Shown in pieces: positions 10,901 to 19,488 of a stretch of 61,781 nucleotides of DNA. How positions within the stretch are numbered: the first letter of the stretch is position 1; each line of letters starts with the position of its first letter. Both the position numbers and the translations under genes were made by a program. The DNA lies in the IMG/VR virus record IMGVR_UViG_3300038962_000198, positions 1 to 61,781 of that record. One strand, written 5' to 3'. The notes below the pieces were generated by a model. It did no database searches. It worked only from the letters and a program-made list of their open reading frames with translations, and was not told where the DNA came from. The stretch comes from a virus. Taxonomy: Duplodnaviria > Caudoviricetes.

Positions 10901-11398
10901 CAGGCAGTTATGCCGATAGGAGCCGGTGCAGCCCATGAAGACCCTGACTGGGTATGCGACGGTGTGTCTTGGGCAGATCTAGATTGGCAAAATGGCACAG
11001 TAGTTTCATCGGCAGGGGCAGAGGGTTCATTGCCGGGTGCTTGCGGTTACTCAGAAGGAGATAAACAGTGTTGGTTTAATCCTTCTATGTGTCCTTACAC
11101 TTTAGATTTCGGAGCCCCTTTTGATACATATGAAAGTCCTTTTGTATATGGGCAGGACGGAGCAATATGTGGAGATAAATTTCTCAATGGAAATCCGGGA
11201 AGATTCGCTGGTCTAAGTTGTGGGTGCGGCCCCGATGGTAAATGCGCCTCTTTTTGTGAAACAGCCACTCCTGTCTGGATGTTTTATACGGGTATTATAG
11301 AAGAGGCGGCTGATGCTGGCGAACTACAACCTACCCGTATGTGTACTTATAATATACTGGCGGAAAGTTATGCGCAAGCAAACACAGAAAACATATAG
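7979..11398 (+). CDS. Matrixin-like (peptidase M10, metzincin) domain fused to a long Cys-rich region
   Basis: Zinc motif HEIGHSLGLSH (HExxHxxGxxH), upstream GDIRF...LAYASFP...GGDIHFD and Met-turn-like LMFP. Followed by ~850 aa rich in Cys (CCVCC, CYCGCCPC, CCC). Confidence 0.75.
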   Translation: MAVTEIIGSMLPDGSEFTQPLESEYVPHDLWKQECEAAMTAWKVAFEDIWPNLTVNFIPAENSDDGNELPNQIAPGDIYDLPHEKGLGDIRFAMHGPISALAYASFPTTPSRLGEVGTIGGDIHFDPTDSWRIDTDTTEMAYSIRRVAAHEIGHSLGLSHYHGNWQPQTDNNDNPVLNEGGTPAYIGQDKLMFPVSQHSYNLDVTIDQITKDALKALYTASDASTNLDGWDRTWYRWEKIAEQIEKSNNENIVINITYSYMPEGIPISVDRNMIATDGGPLEGCCVCCGANQANLSSRRGPPQRVVRGRDKQWDGRNSVGTSCYCGCCPCKPDDLTFRLLKCETVSINYDQGEWVRGECDALSGDDGMEFTLQKEGGPKQCKETQDYLKVNWEWNEGRITFPDKFARGCQGYIDSEGDYMQSVGNMYQDAEEHPEKYQEAWGFSGVLCEGMITTPDRPAYTFGESECLGMGILSTLCCCRTGNNSNYLEGLTPNEIAAMANGSRLWDPTREYYPSNKVREFATAGEDYRWETNPVWECVKKDPRDLTTRQTQGFKAVVDGETIWVKLYDKCFEGSECPPEISDDSILRNACPFVPQLDGTNHAGTNKDFDDGTLPLDPGQVHYDQYENCDWEYTDPDGTEYNWEYLTPTSPLECSMDCFSFNIRPDETKYEYKYLKPVVADGLDGRPLGNCGGGAGYTAQEVGQPFTPVGQPANRNQYAMSTGIIHSACSPCTYKQGTCSHDNYKRIFDPSMPLKGTLDSVGLGSTYGTISYDETPRNTLTDKIGFHYIISGQCRDNDCDNPQEFKLLVGGAWQIHCDCQTGVINTGVSSQMIGGVHYERGSSCYLRPESPICIQNTSNNAWMYDCKEDGCKCLGNPQLYGPRAGFTDRGLVLKNAELPCTPIDGAAGGVMWANVPQVDLYCPEDNPTNVKSFYTNCKDFQEAGSYFHELYRGCIPTYSKDGWEIVTDPHPHVSQAVMPIGAGAAHEDPDWVCDGVSWADLDWQNGTVVSSAGAEGSLPGACGYSEGDKQCWFNPSMCPYTLDFGAPFDTYESPFVYGQDGAICGDKFLNGNPGRFAGLSCGCGPDGKCASFCETATPVWMFYTGIIEEAADAGELQPTRMCTYNILAESYAQANTENI

Positions 11399-11423
11399 AT
11401 TAATTAGGAATAAGGAGATATAA

Positions 11424-12077
11424 ATGGAAAACGTCCAAAAGCATAGTGAGACTATACCTGACTGCCAATGTAACGGTCCCGGTCATTGTCCGGTGTATAA
11501 TACACATATGACTCAAGCAAGCTATAAAAAGTGTAAACATAATCGATTATGGCGTAAGGATTCGTTACGGTTTTTTAATATCGTTAATTCTTCTGAATTT
11601 CAAGCAGAGATAGAAAAAACGTCAAACTATCAGAATAAAATCGAATGGGAAAAATCATATATGGAGGCTGCGATAGAACAAAAAAAGCAGACCGATGAAG
11701 CAATGCTTGCAGCAGAACAGGCATATATCGCCACTCGTAAAAAACAAGAACAAGACTATCTGGCTACACTAACACCAGAACAACAAAAAGAATATCATAT
11801 TAAAAAAGAAGAAGCTATAGCTTATGAGCGAAGTCAACAATTAGTTAACTATGAACTGAATGAGGTTATTTCTACCATGGCACAAGAAGGCATTACCCCC
11901 GAAAATTATGAAGAAAAAAAGGAAGGGTTAGGAGATGCAATAAGTAACGCTTTATCCAAGATAGGGCTTACAACTGACGCTGTGGAAACATTACTAGGAA
12001 CTCACGGTGGATGTGGGTGTGATAAAAGAAAAAAGTTTTTAAATAAAATACTTCCCTTTACTAGAAAAAAAGAGTAG
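11424..12077 (+). CDS. Hypothetical protein (N-terminal Cys cluster, central coiled coil, C-terminal GCGCDKRK motif)
   Basis: 217 aa, SD AGGAG, motifs CQCNGPGHC and GCGCDKRKKFLNK. Confidence 0.6.
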   Translation: MENVQKHSETIPDCQCNGPGHCPVYNTHMTQASYKKCKHNRLWRKDSLRFFNIVNSSEFQAEIEKTSNYQNKIEWEKSYMEAAIEQKKQTDEAMLAAEQAYIATRKKQEQDYLATLTPEQQKEYHIKKEEAIAYERSQQLVNYELNEVISTMAQEGITPENYEEKKEGLGDAISNALSKIGLTTDAVETLLGTHGGCGCDKRKKFLNKILPFTRKKE

Positions 12078-12081
12078 TGTA

Positions 12082-12759
12082 TTGGCTAGAAAAAAACGTA
12101 AAAATAATAATACAGATAATAATTATACTTTACAAACAACGTTACAGCCCAAAAGCCCCAATCAGTCTCAATATTTGAAATCCATTCATCGTTCAGATGT
12201 TGTATTTTGTTCAGGCCCCGCAGGTTCTGGTAAAACCGCTATTGCTGTTGGCGTAGCTTGTCAGTATTTACTAACTAAACAAATTGAGAAAATCGTTGTT
12301 GCTCGTCCAACTATTGAATCGGGTCGTGGTCTTGGTCATTTACCCGGAAGTTACACAGCAAAAATTCAGCCCTATCTTATACCTGTCTTAGAAGAAATGT
12401 CTAAATATTTATCATCGGAAGCATTGCGTGTGTTTCGTAATTCTAATACTATTGAGTTATGTCCCTTAGAATATATGAGGGGAAGAAATTTCCATGATAC
12501 GTTTATGATTTTAGATGAAGCTCAAAATGCAACATTTGATCAAATAAAAATGTTTTTAACTCGAATTGGTCGTAACTCTAAAGCTATAATAAACGGAGAT
12601 CCTGAACAAACAGACCTCTATGCAGATATGAAAGGAGGTTTTGAAAAATGTATAAACAAGCTCGATGGATTAGAAGGTGTATCAATATGTTGCCTAGAAG
12701 GCACCGATATAGTACGTAACAATATTATAGCTCAAATCTTGAATCGGCTTCATAAATGA
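12082..12759 (+). CDS. phoH: PhoH family ATPase
   Basis: GPAGSGKT Walker A, LGHLPG, PLEYMRGRNF, ILDEAQN, GDPEQTDL and DIVRN motifs. TTG start. Confidence 0.95.
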   Translation: MARKKRKNNNTDNNYTLQTTLQPKSPNQSQYLKSIHRSDVVFCSGPAGSGKTAIAVGVACQYLLTKQIEKIVVARPTIESGRGLGHLPGSYTAKIQPYLIPVLEEMSKYLSSEALRVFRNSNTIELCPLEYMRGRNFHDTFMILDEAQNATFDQIKMFLTRIGRNSKAIINGDPEQTDLYADMKGGFEKCINKLDGLEGVSICCLEGTDIVRNNIIAQILNRLHK

Positions 12760-13007
12760 ATGGTAATGGCCCCCTACGAGAAGATAGGACTATAGAATAT
12801 CAAATTCGAAAATATCAACGAGCATTAGGAATGGTTCAAAGAACTAATTATAAAGCAGGTCACTACCGACCGGGGCAAGCATTGGGTGGTGATACTGTTA
12901 AGAGAGAGCATATACTTATATATGCAAATAAAATTATTGATTTAAAAAAAAGATTGTATGAATTGACTGGCAGATGTTCTCCATTACGCCCCAAATGGCC
13001 ACTTTAA
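12756..13007 (+). CDS. Hypothetical protein
   Basis: 83-aa ORF translationally coupled to phoH (4-nt overlap). Last + strand gene before the strand switch. Confidence 0.5.
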   Translation: MNGNGPLREDRTIEYQIRKYQRALGMVQRTNYKAGHYRPGQALGGDTVKREHILIYANKIIDLKKRLYELTGRCSPLRPKWPL

Positions 13008-14050
13008 CTAGCCTTTCCAAACAGTTGTTCGAGAGTTTTATTAAATTGGGGGTAGTTGAGGTCGCTATATTTTAAAACCTGTCTACCAATGTTAGATATG
13101 GCAATTGTATGGGCTACTGCCGCAATAGGAAACCCTGTTGCTTTTTGCATTGCAGAGAAGCGAGAATCAGATTTAATCACTTTTTCAAATGATAGATCGT
13201 CTACTCGTATCTGAATTATTACTAAATCATCTTGAGGAGGGCAAGTTTTTTTAAATATGTCTATAATAGATTGGTCGTCGAGTCCACTTTCATGAATTAA
13301 AAATTTAACTATTTTATGATGTTGAGGATATCTAAGAGTTTTATATGAACAGTTTAATACTCCGCGATTTTGCATGGTTGCAATAGTATGTGCGGCTCCT
13401 CCGCTTGTATAAAAGCCTTCAAGGGGTCCAACGTCCGTATCGATTGGATATTCATAACCTTCCATACCGTTAACACTTACTTGTTCTCCGTGCATTAACA
13501 CAATACAACGATCACGATATTCATTCACAAGACCATCGTGTGACCAAGTGCAACTATATCTCAATGTATTATTCGGGTGTTGTGGCAATCCCCCCACCAT
13601 CATTTGAATGTTATGGGGAGGTTTGTCATATTTAGATATGTATTCTTGATACATATTCTCAGCAATGATATTTGTCCATCCGGGGGCTAATCCTAAATCG
13701 GTCATTATAACAGTAGTTGCTTGCTGTTTACCAAAGTGATTAATAGATCGACTTGTTTCTACATTACCACCCAAGTCACAATAAGTAATTCCTTCAGATA
13801 TACAGAAACGTGCCAATGATAAATTTTGATGAAATGGCAATGAAGAAATAACTATTGTACAATCCTGTAGGCATTGAAACAAGGTACTGCGTACAAATTT
13901 GTGTTTAGAAGATAAAAATTTCTGACATTTATATAAAGATTTTTCTTGCCTATCTAAGATAATTAATTCGTAACCTAGTTCTTGCATCGCCCAAGCAATT
14001 GCTGTTCCCATTTGTCCTGCACCAGCAATACCTACTTTTATCTTGCTCAT
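13004..14050 (-). CDS. Saccharopine dehydrogenase / lysine 6-dehydrogenase family oxidoreductase
   Basis: Rossmann GAGQMG, SSLPF, YCDLGG, DLGLAPG, VGGLPQ, WSHDGLVNEY, FYTSGG, YKTLRYP and SAMQKATGFP motifs. Confidence 0.88.
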   Translation of the reverse strand: MSKIKVGIAGAGQMGTAIAWAMQELGYELIILDRQEKSLYKCQKFLSSKHKFVRSTLFQCLQDCTIVISSLPFHQNLSLARFCISEGITYCDLGGNVETSRSINHFGKQQATTVIMTDLGLAPGWTNIIAENMYQEYISKYDKPPHNIQMMVGGLPQHPNNTLRYSCTWSHDGLVNEYRDRCIVLMHGEQVSVNGMEGYEYPIDTDVGPLEGFYTSGGAAHTIATMQNRGVLNCSYKTLRYPQHHKIVKFLIHESGLDDQSIIDIFKKTCPPQDDLVIIQIRVDDLSFEKVIKSDSRFSAMQKATGFPIAAVAHTIAISNIGRQVLKYSDLNYPQFNKTLEQLFGKAS

Positions 14051-14073
14051 AATAACGAACCTTCAGTAAGTAT

Positions 14074-15300
14074 TTATTTTTGTGATAACGCCGCTGCTTG
14101 ATATAATCCGTTAGATACGGCAAATAAAGGCTGTTGGGCATGTCGAATATCAGAAATAGGAATGGGAAATTCATCATCAATTAATTCTCTTAACCTCTCC
14201 ACAAAACCAATAACTAAAGATGTACCACCGGCAATTACAATAGGCATTTCCATGGTAACATTCGGCAGTTCTTTTTTAGGTGTTCTTTCATATAGTACTT
14301 TAAACTGTTCTACTACATAACTAAGTAATGATTCATAGTATACAGAAATGGCTTGTTGAATTCCATTGGTAGAATCGTAAAGGCTGAAGCCTGCTTTTTC
14401 TTTGATACTTGTTACTACATTGTGTGTTTCGTCAGTATGCTGTGCTGCGTGTGCATCTATCCAGTCTCCACCTCTACTAAGACTAAAGGAAAATACTGGC
14501 ATTCCCATAAAGGAATAAACAATATTGCACATTCCGGCCCCAAAACTCATACCAATACCAGTATATTGCGTATCTGCTAGTTCGGAATAAATAATAGCCA
14601 ACCCTTCGGTCATTACATTAATATTTTTATATCCCAAATCTGCAAAAACACCATTAAGAATTTGTTTATGATATTCTACATCATAGTCAGCATCGATAGG
14701 TTCAGCAGGTACGCAGTAATATAATATATCATTATCTGACGTAGGACGCCCCGCGACAGCTTTTACCAATTCTCCAACCATAAGATTAGATACGGGCTGT
14801 TTGGGATTTAACACACCCTTAGACATTGGACGTAAGCATTCCTGATGAAATAGACTAGCAAATTTAAAGGCGTCATCACCTAATACATATATAATATCGT
14901 CCACTTTGACATAATGCGCTCCTGAATTTTTTAACATATTTTCACCAAACTGATTGGCTGCTCCTTCTAAAAATTTTGAAGGATTCAATTTGAAAAAGGC
15001 ATCTCTAATTTTTCTAAATTTAATTTGATCGGCTTCTTTTTCTGCGCACGAAATAAAACCTGTGCCAATATCTACGCCTATAGCACGATGGTTTGACGTA
15101 GTGGGTATATTGTTATCACTCATGGAAAATACCTCATATATTTTTGGATGATATGACTCTACCTCTTGACCATAGTAATTGTGACTTTCGTTATCAGCTA
15201 CATTTACAACCGGTGGTTTGGGAGGTTGAAAATTGTTTCCTCGGTCTAAATCAATAAAAGTCTCTTGTAATCCTGCAACCTTTTTAATTCTTTGTCTCAT
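14074..15300 (-). CDS. Actin-fold (ParM/MreB/FtsA/Hsp70-NBD superfamily) ATPase
   Basis: Phosphate-1 GVDIGTG, connect MTEGLA, phosphate-2 MSFGAGMCN and adenosine IVIAGGTS motifs. A second in-frame ATG at 15123 also has an SD (GAGGT). Confidence 0.8.
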   Translation of the reverse strand: MRQRIKKVAGLQETFIDLDRGNNFQPPKPPVVNVADNESHNYYGQEVESYHPKIYEVFSMSDNNIPTTSNHRAIGVDIGTGFISCAEKEADQIKFRKIRDAFFKLNPSKFLEGAANQFGENMLKNSGAHYVKVDDIIYVLGDDAFKFASLFHQECLRPMSKGVLNPKQPVSNLMVGELVKAVAGRPTSDNDILYYCVPAEPIDADYDVEYHKQILNGVFADLGYKNINVMTEGLAIIYSELADTQYTGIGMSFGAGMCNIVYSFMGMPVFSFSLSRGGDWIDAHAAQHTDETHNVVTSIKEKAGFSLYDSTNGIQQAISVYYESLLSYVVEQFKVLYERTPKKELPNVTMEMPIVIAGGTSLVIGFVERLRELIDDEFPIPISDIRHAQQPLFAVSNGLYQAAALSQK

Positions 15301-15559
15301 GACTATACACCTCGCCTATGCGTTGATCACCAAACGAAGTTTCAATTTTAGGAGCTTTGAAATTGATAGCCTTATTGGCTAGATTCTGCATTTCGTCCTT
15401 ATTATCTACTTGGCTTATTTTTTTTTGTTTATCTATTTTTTGTTTATAACCATGATTAAAATATTTATTGGCCATATATATACTTATAATGGTAAATATA
15501 AAAGGCCAAAAAGAATATGCTAAGCTTTGTAAAAAAATTTCAAATGCCTTAGTAAACAT
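15284..15559 (-). CDS. Small protein with an N-terminal transmembrane segment
   Basis: Hydrophobic LAYSFWPFIFTIISIYM followed by a Lys-rich tail. Confidence 0.6.
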   Translation of the reverse strand: MFTKAFEIFLQSLAYSFWPFIFTIISIYMANKYFNHGYKQKIDKQKKISQVDNKDEMQNLANKAINFKAPKIETSFGDQRIGEVYSHETKN

Positions 15560-15599
15560 TGTATTGGCCCTTTGACACTGTTGATATTATTAGATATCT

Positions 15600-16247
15600 T
15601 TATTTATCTTCATTAATTTTAACTTTTATTTGTTCTGATTGTTGAATGTAGCCATCAGTCGAGCACAACCGACATGGAATATTCCACAATACTCCTTTTC
15701 CGTTGCAAGAGTTACATACTGTTTGTTGTATCATGACAGGGCTACGAGGGTCTGGGCTCTTATGCTTTACCGTTATAATACCAGCGCCTCGACAATACCC
15801 ACAATGTGTTTTTTGTTGTCCACCTTGACCATTGCAATCTGGACAGAGTTTGTTTCGTTTATATGATATGGTAGCTGTTGCACCTTTTTTAATTTGTTCT
15901 AAGTTAGCTTTTAAATTAAATTCAATTTCAGAATCGGTTGTATTATATGTTACGGGTTTTGGTTGAGGTTTGTTTGTAAACTGAGAAAAAATATCTCCAA
16001 ACGGATGACGGTCTTCTGTAAATAAATCGGAGAATTCAGCAGGGTTTATATTGTGTGGATTGGTAGCGTGTTGTGGTGGGACAGTCTTATTGTTGGATAA
16101 TATATCATATGCAGATTGTACCTCTTTAAATTTACTTGCATCACCCCCTACATCAGGATGGTGTTGACGAGCCAATTTAAGATACGCCTGCTTAATGTCT
16201 TCGGAGCTAGCATTTTTTGCTATTCCTAATACGTTATGAGCATCCAT
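15600..16247 (-). CDS. dnaJ: DnaJ-like co-chaperone (J domain plus zinc finger, lacking most of the C-terminal domain)
   Basis: HHPD motif and four CxxCxGxG-type repeats (CPDCNGQG, CGYCRGAG, CNSCNGKG, CRLCSTDG). Confidence 0.9.
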   Translation of the reverse strand: MDAHNVLGIAKNASSEDIKQAYLKLARQHHPDVGGDASKFKEVQSAYDILSNNKTVPPQHATNPHNINPAEFSDLFTEDRHPFGDIFSQFTNKPQPKPVTYNTTDSEIEFNLKANLEQIKKGATATISYKRNKLCPDCNGQGGQQKTHCGYCRGAGIITVKHKSPDPRSPVMIQQTVCNSCNGKGVLWNIPCRLCSTDGYIQQSEQIKVKINEDK

Positions 16248-16292
16248 AGGACAGCGCCTTACCTAGTGTCTAATATATTATACACTAAAGGG

Positions 16293-16673
16293 TTATGATT
16301 TGGGCTTATAGATAAACCATCCCTTATCTGGCAAATATCCACGATTTTTGTCAGCATACACTTTTTCATTAATACGCTGTTCTTGCTGTTTTGTAGATAA
16401 CTGGTCCCATTTGATCTTAGGAAAGATAAGGCCGCCCTTTTTAGTACGTCCAAAGATCAGTTTAGCTCTACAATCTTGACAGGTAATTTCCAGCCAATCA
16501 TTGTCGGAATTATCTAAACGACATACAAACTTGAAATTTGTCGATCCACAAGCCCCACATCCCCTATATTGGAAAATTTCTTGAACTCGTGCAATTTGTT
16601 TGAAAAGTTCATCTTCCTGTTCTGCTTCCACATCAAACCATAGACTATCAGTGGCTTTTATTCTAGCTTTCAT
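16293..16673 (-). CDS. Hypothetical zinc-ribbon protein
   Basis: CGAC...CQDC pairs, coupled to the upstream gene. Confidence 0.6.
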   Translation of the reverse strand: MKARIKATDSLWFDVEAEQEDELFKQIARVQEIFQYRGCGACGSTNFKFVCRLDNSDNDWLEITCQDCRAKLIFGRTKKGGLIFPKIKWDQLSTKQQEQRINEKVYADKNRGYLPDKGWFIYKPKS

Positions 16674-17404
16674 TTGGAACTCCCATAAAAATTAGTTTTC
16701 CAGTTATCGTCATATCCGACACATGGCTTAGGAATATCTTTTGGCGTTCGTTGCAAGTCGGATAGTTTGCTAATTAACAATCTGCCTTCTAGATTTCTAA
16801 GGTCATTAATTTTTTTAACTTTGTATTCTGCGGTAACAAAAGGTACTACACCAATATCCAGTCTTTTACAAAGCTGATTAAGAGCTAAAACCTGTTGATC
16901 ATTTATCAATTCATCGGCAGACAACGCTTCTGATTCGTCTTCGTTTTGCAACTCTTCGGCGGTTACAACGCGAATTTTTAAAGCTCGTCGCAGTGCTTTA
17001 CCCTCAGCTCTAGTGTCCGCAGTTGCAACTAAATGATCTTTAAATGGATAAGGTGTTTTGTGATAGAGAACATCCACACAACCATCTACGGATATGCTTT
17101 GTCCACTACCATATTTATTAATTGTTAGCGTATGACGAATAGTGCAACGTTGATTGTTTTGCGAGGTTGGTGTTTCGATGATATCACTTTCGGACTTTAC
17201 AATTTCTCCAAAGCATTTTTCACTAATGCGACGTAATCCATCAACTGTAGGAGCCCCATTTATTAATTCACTATCGGATAGCTGGTCTAACAAATATTCG
17301 GACCATTCAGGATCATATTCCTGTGGTCTTTTATCATCGTTAAGATACGTAGGCTGATCTTCTACCATTTCTACCATGTCTGATAATTCGTTCGTAGTGT
17401 TCAT
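16670..17404 (-). CDS. Hypothetical protein, possibly single-strand annealing (Rad52/Sak-like)
   Basis: ATADTRAEGKALRRAL resembles the conserved helix of phage annealing proteins. Function is a tentative inference. Confidence 0.4.
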   Translation of the reverse strand: MNTTNELSDMVEMVEDQPTYLNDDKRPQEYDPEWSEYLLDQLSDSELINGAPTVDGLRRISEKCFGEIVKSESDIIETPTSQNNQRCTIRHTLTINKYGSGQSISVDGCVDVLYHKTPYPFKDHLVATADTRAEGKALRRALKIRVVTAEELQNEDESEALSADELINDQQVLALNQLCKRLDIGVVPFVTAEYKVKKINDLRNLEGRLLISKLSDLQRTPKDIPKPCVGYDDNWKTNFYGSSK

Positions 17405-18174
17405 ATTTCGAAATACCTTTCATCTTCCTTTGGATAGTCCTGTTTAATATTATCTAATAACGATAACAGTTTTTTAAGAATATCTCTCATGTAGCGCTGT
17501 GTTAACGACTTATCTTGTTTTATTCTAATCATGACTAAGTCCCCTTGCAAGATTAGTCCTGTTTTTTGTTGATCTGCTTTAATATTTCGTGCTAAATTTT
17601 CTTGTCCCCATACGGGTTTAAAATGAGATGGTCCATCAACCTCTATTGCGGCTCTATAAGTGGGTAGATATAAATCGATCTGAAGGTTTTGGTTTTGTAG
17701 CCAATGTTCTTTATGGAACTCCACTTTAATGTTTTGCTTACTTAGTTCAGATAATAAAAAATGTTCTAACTTAGATCCTTTCCGACTACTTTCTCTAACT
17801 GCTTCTTGCGCTTGCAAGATTAAATTAGCTTTTTCTATTTCAGTTTTTCGTTCCCATGCTTCTTTACCAATCTGAGATCGGTGGAGCTTTTCTTGTTCTG
17901 TCAAACTATCCCACACCAAACCTTGCGATTCACTAATTTTTTCCTTAGTAGATGCAGAACGTTTGGTGCCAGCTGTAGGGTGTTTGGCTCGACCATTACT
18001 TAATGCGTTTTTTTGAGCGTCGGTTGCCTTTCTCAATACTATACCATACTTTTGTAGAACTCGTCGAATTTTATTTGGGTAAGTATTCATTTTTTCTGCA
18101 ATTTGGTAGGTGCTCCATTGTTGCTTTTCATACAGATCTAGAATCTGTTTTTCGTTTTTATTCATTATTATCAA
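17401..18174 (-). CDS. HTH + NUMOD3-like + Vsr/DUF559-type endonuclease (homing-endonuclease-like)
   Basis: N-terminal HTH (STYQIAEKMNTYPNKIRRVL), KRSASTKEKISES (NUMOD3-like) and IDLYLP...IEVDGPSHF catalytic pattern. Confidence 0.75.
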   Translation of the reverse strand: MIIMNKNEKQILDLYEKQQWSTYQIAEKMNTYPNKIRRVLQKYGIVLRKATDAQKNALSNGRAKHPTAGTKRSASTKEKISESQGLVWDSLTEQEKLHRSQIGKEAWERKTEIEKANLILQAQEAVRESSRKGSKLEHFLLSELSKQNIKVEFHKEHWLQNQNLQIDLYLPTYRAAIEVDGPSHFKPVWGQENLARNIKADQQKTGLILQGDLVMIRIKQDKSLTQRYMRDILKKLLSLLDNIKQDYPKEDERYFEI

Positions 18175-18616
18175 TCTCTATAAGGGTTTTATAGTCCCAT
18201 TGTGGCATAACATATTTTGGTTCTTTAAATAGCTCACCTATTAGTTTGGCGTGTGAGTCACTTCGAGCAATTAATTCAATATTATCATTTAGCAGTATAG
18301 GTTCAATTTGTTGAAATTGTAAATTTTCTATATATGCCCATTCTAGATGATACAAATATATGAATTTCTGTTTTACATTAGGAATGTTTGGTAAGCTTTG
18401 GGCTTCGGTTAAGTCGTCTGTAATAAGAATGTCGCTAAAGTAAAACGTTTGTATTCTAGGAAATACATTGGTACGAAGTGGTGATATTACGCTTGTCTGT
18501 ATCTCATCACAAAACACACAGTGCTGGGTAGATGTGTTGTGTAGTTGTTGTATTGCTTTGGCCATAAAAAAATTTTGATCCGAATCTTTAATCGAAGCTT
18601 TTAGTATGCCGATCAT
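18158..18616 (-). CDS. Hypothetical protein (possible glycosyltransferase-derived domain)
   Basis: 152-aa ORF tightly packed in the glycosylation cluster. Confidence 0.5.
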   Translation of the reverse strand: MIGILKASIKDSDQNFFMAKAIQQLHNTSTQHCVFCDEIQTSVISPLRTNVFPRIQTFYFSDILITDDLTEAQSLPNIPNVKQKFIYLYHLEWAYIENLQFQQIEPILLNDNIELIARSDSHAKLIGELFKEPKYVMPQWDYKTLIEIDNNE

Positions 18617-19488
18617 ATGAGAGCCTCCTGAGTTTTTAATAAATCGCTGGAAAGTTTAGGCTCTCCTATACTATTAAATAATCTTGCAGAGAATAAAAAA
18701 GATGTATTATAACAGGATGCTTTATATGATTCGTCAATATATTTTTTTCTAATTAATTCTTTATTTAGTATACTGTCTAGGTTGTGTTGGAATGCAGCAA
18801 GATCTGCACAATATAAAATTACACTATGCGTTGGAGATATAGACAAAGAAGGAATTTTTAAATATGCAGCATCCCAATAGTCACCACTATTACCTATATC
18901 AACCACAACCTTGGCAGACTTGAAAAAATTGGCTCGATCTACCATGCCTACTCTGCCTAGATAATTATGCAAAGAGACATGCTGCTCTCCTATAATTTTA
19001 GTTGGGTATTGATTAGCAATATAGTTTAATAATTCTATAATGCTATCATCGAAGACTACGGACGTAGTATCTATCAAAATCGTAGATTTTAATTTGTCTA
19101 TATACTTTGCATTGTGTATATCAGGGATATTAGCCATGTGGGCTGGACGTATTATATTCTCACCTACTGGATTGGTTATACCCATATGCGATAGGTCAAG
19201 TATAGCGATTGGGGTCTGTGGTAGATTGTCTGTTTTTGGTATTTGATCTTCTGTAACTATTAACACATATTTAAAATCAAACTCTTTGCATGCCATAGCA
19301 AAGGTATTATCAATATGCGATGTGTGTAAAAATAGGATGTCTGGACGTGTTTCGTCAAACATGTCTAGAATAGATATTCTATTTATATCCCACATTATTA
19401 CTGCAAGACTATCGTCATTGACAGATTGTACACATTGAGCAATATATTTCAATATGTATATAGGTAGATTTGGAATAATAATTTTCAT
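18613..19488 (-). CDS. Hypothetical protein, GT-B-like
   Basis: RPDILFL motif and a C-terminal FKSAKVVVD...DAAYLKIPSL pattern reminiscent of GT-B C-domains. Confidence 0.4.
   Translation of the reverse strand: MKIIIPNLPIYILKYIAQCVQSVNDDSLAVIMWDINRISILDMFDETRPDILFLHTSHIDNTFAMACKEFDFKYVLIVTEDQIPKTDNLPQTPIAILDLSHMGITNPVGENIIRPAHMANIPDIHNAKYIDKLKSTILIDTTSVVFDDSIIELLNYIANQYPTKIIGEQHVSLHNYLGRVGMVDRANFFKSAKVVVDIGNSGDYWDAAYLKIPSLSISPTHSVILYCADLAAFQHNLDSILNKELIRKKYIDESYKASCYNTSFLFSARLFNSIGEPKLSSDLLKTQEALI

Noticed and set aside
11493-11505. Palindrome GTGTAT-A-ATACAC
   Set aside because: It is a short single occurrence inside a coding region and plausible by chance in AT-rich DNA.
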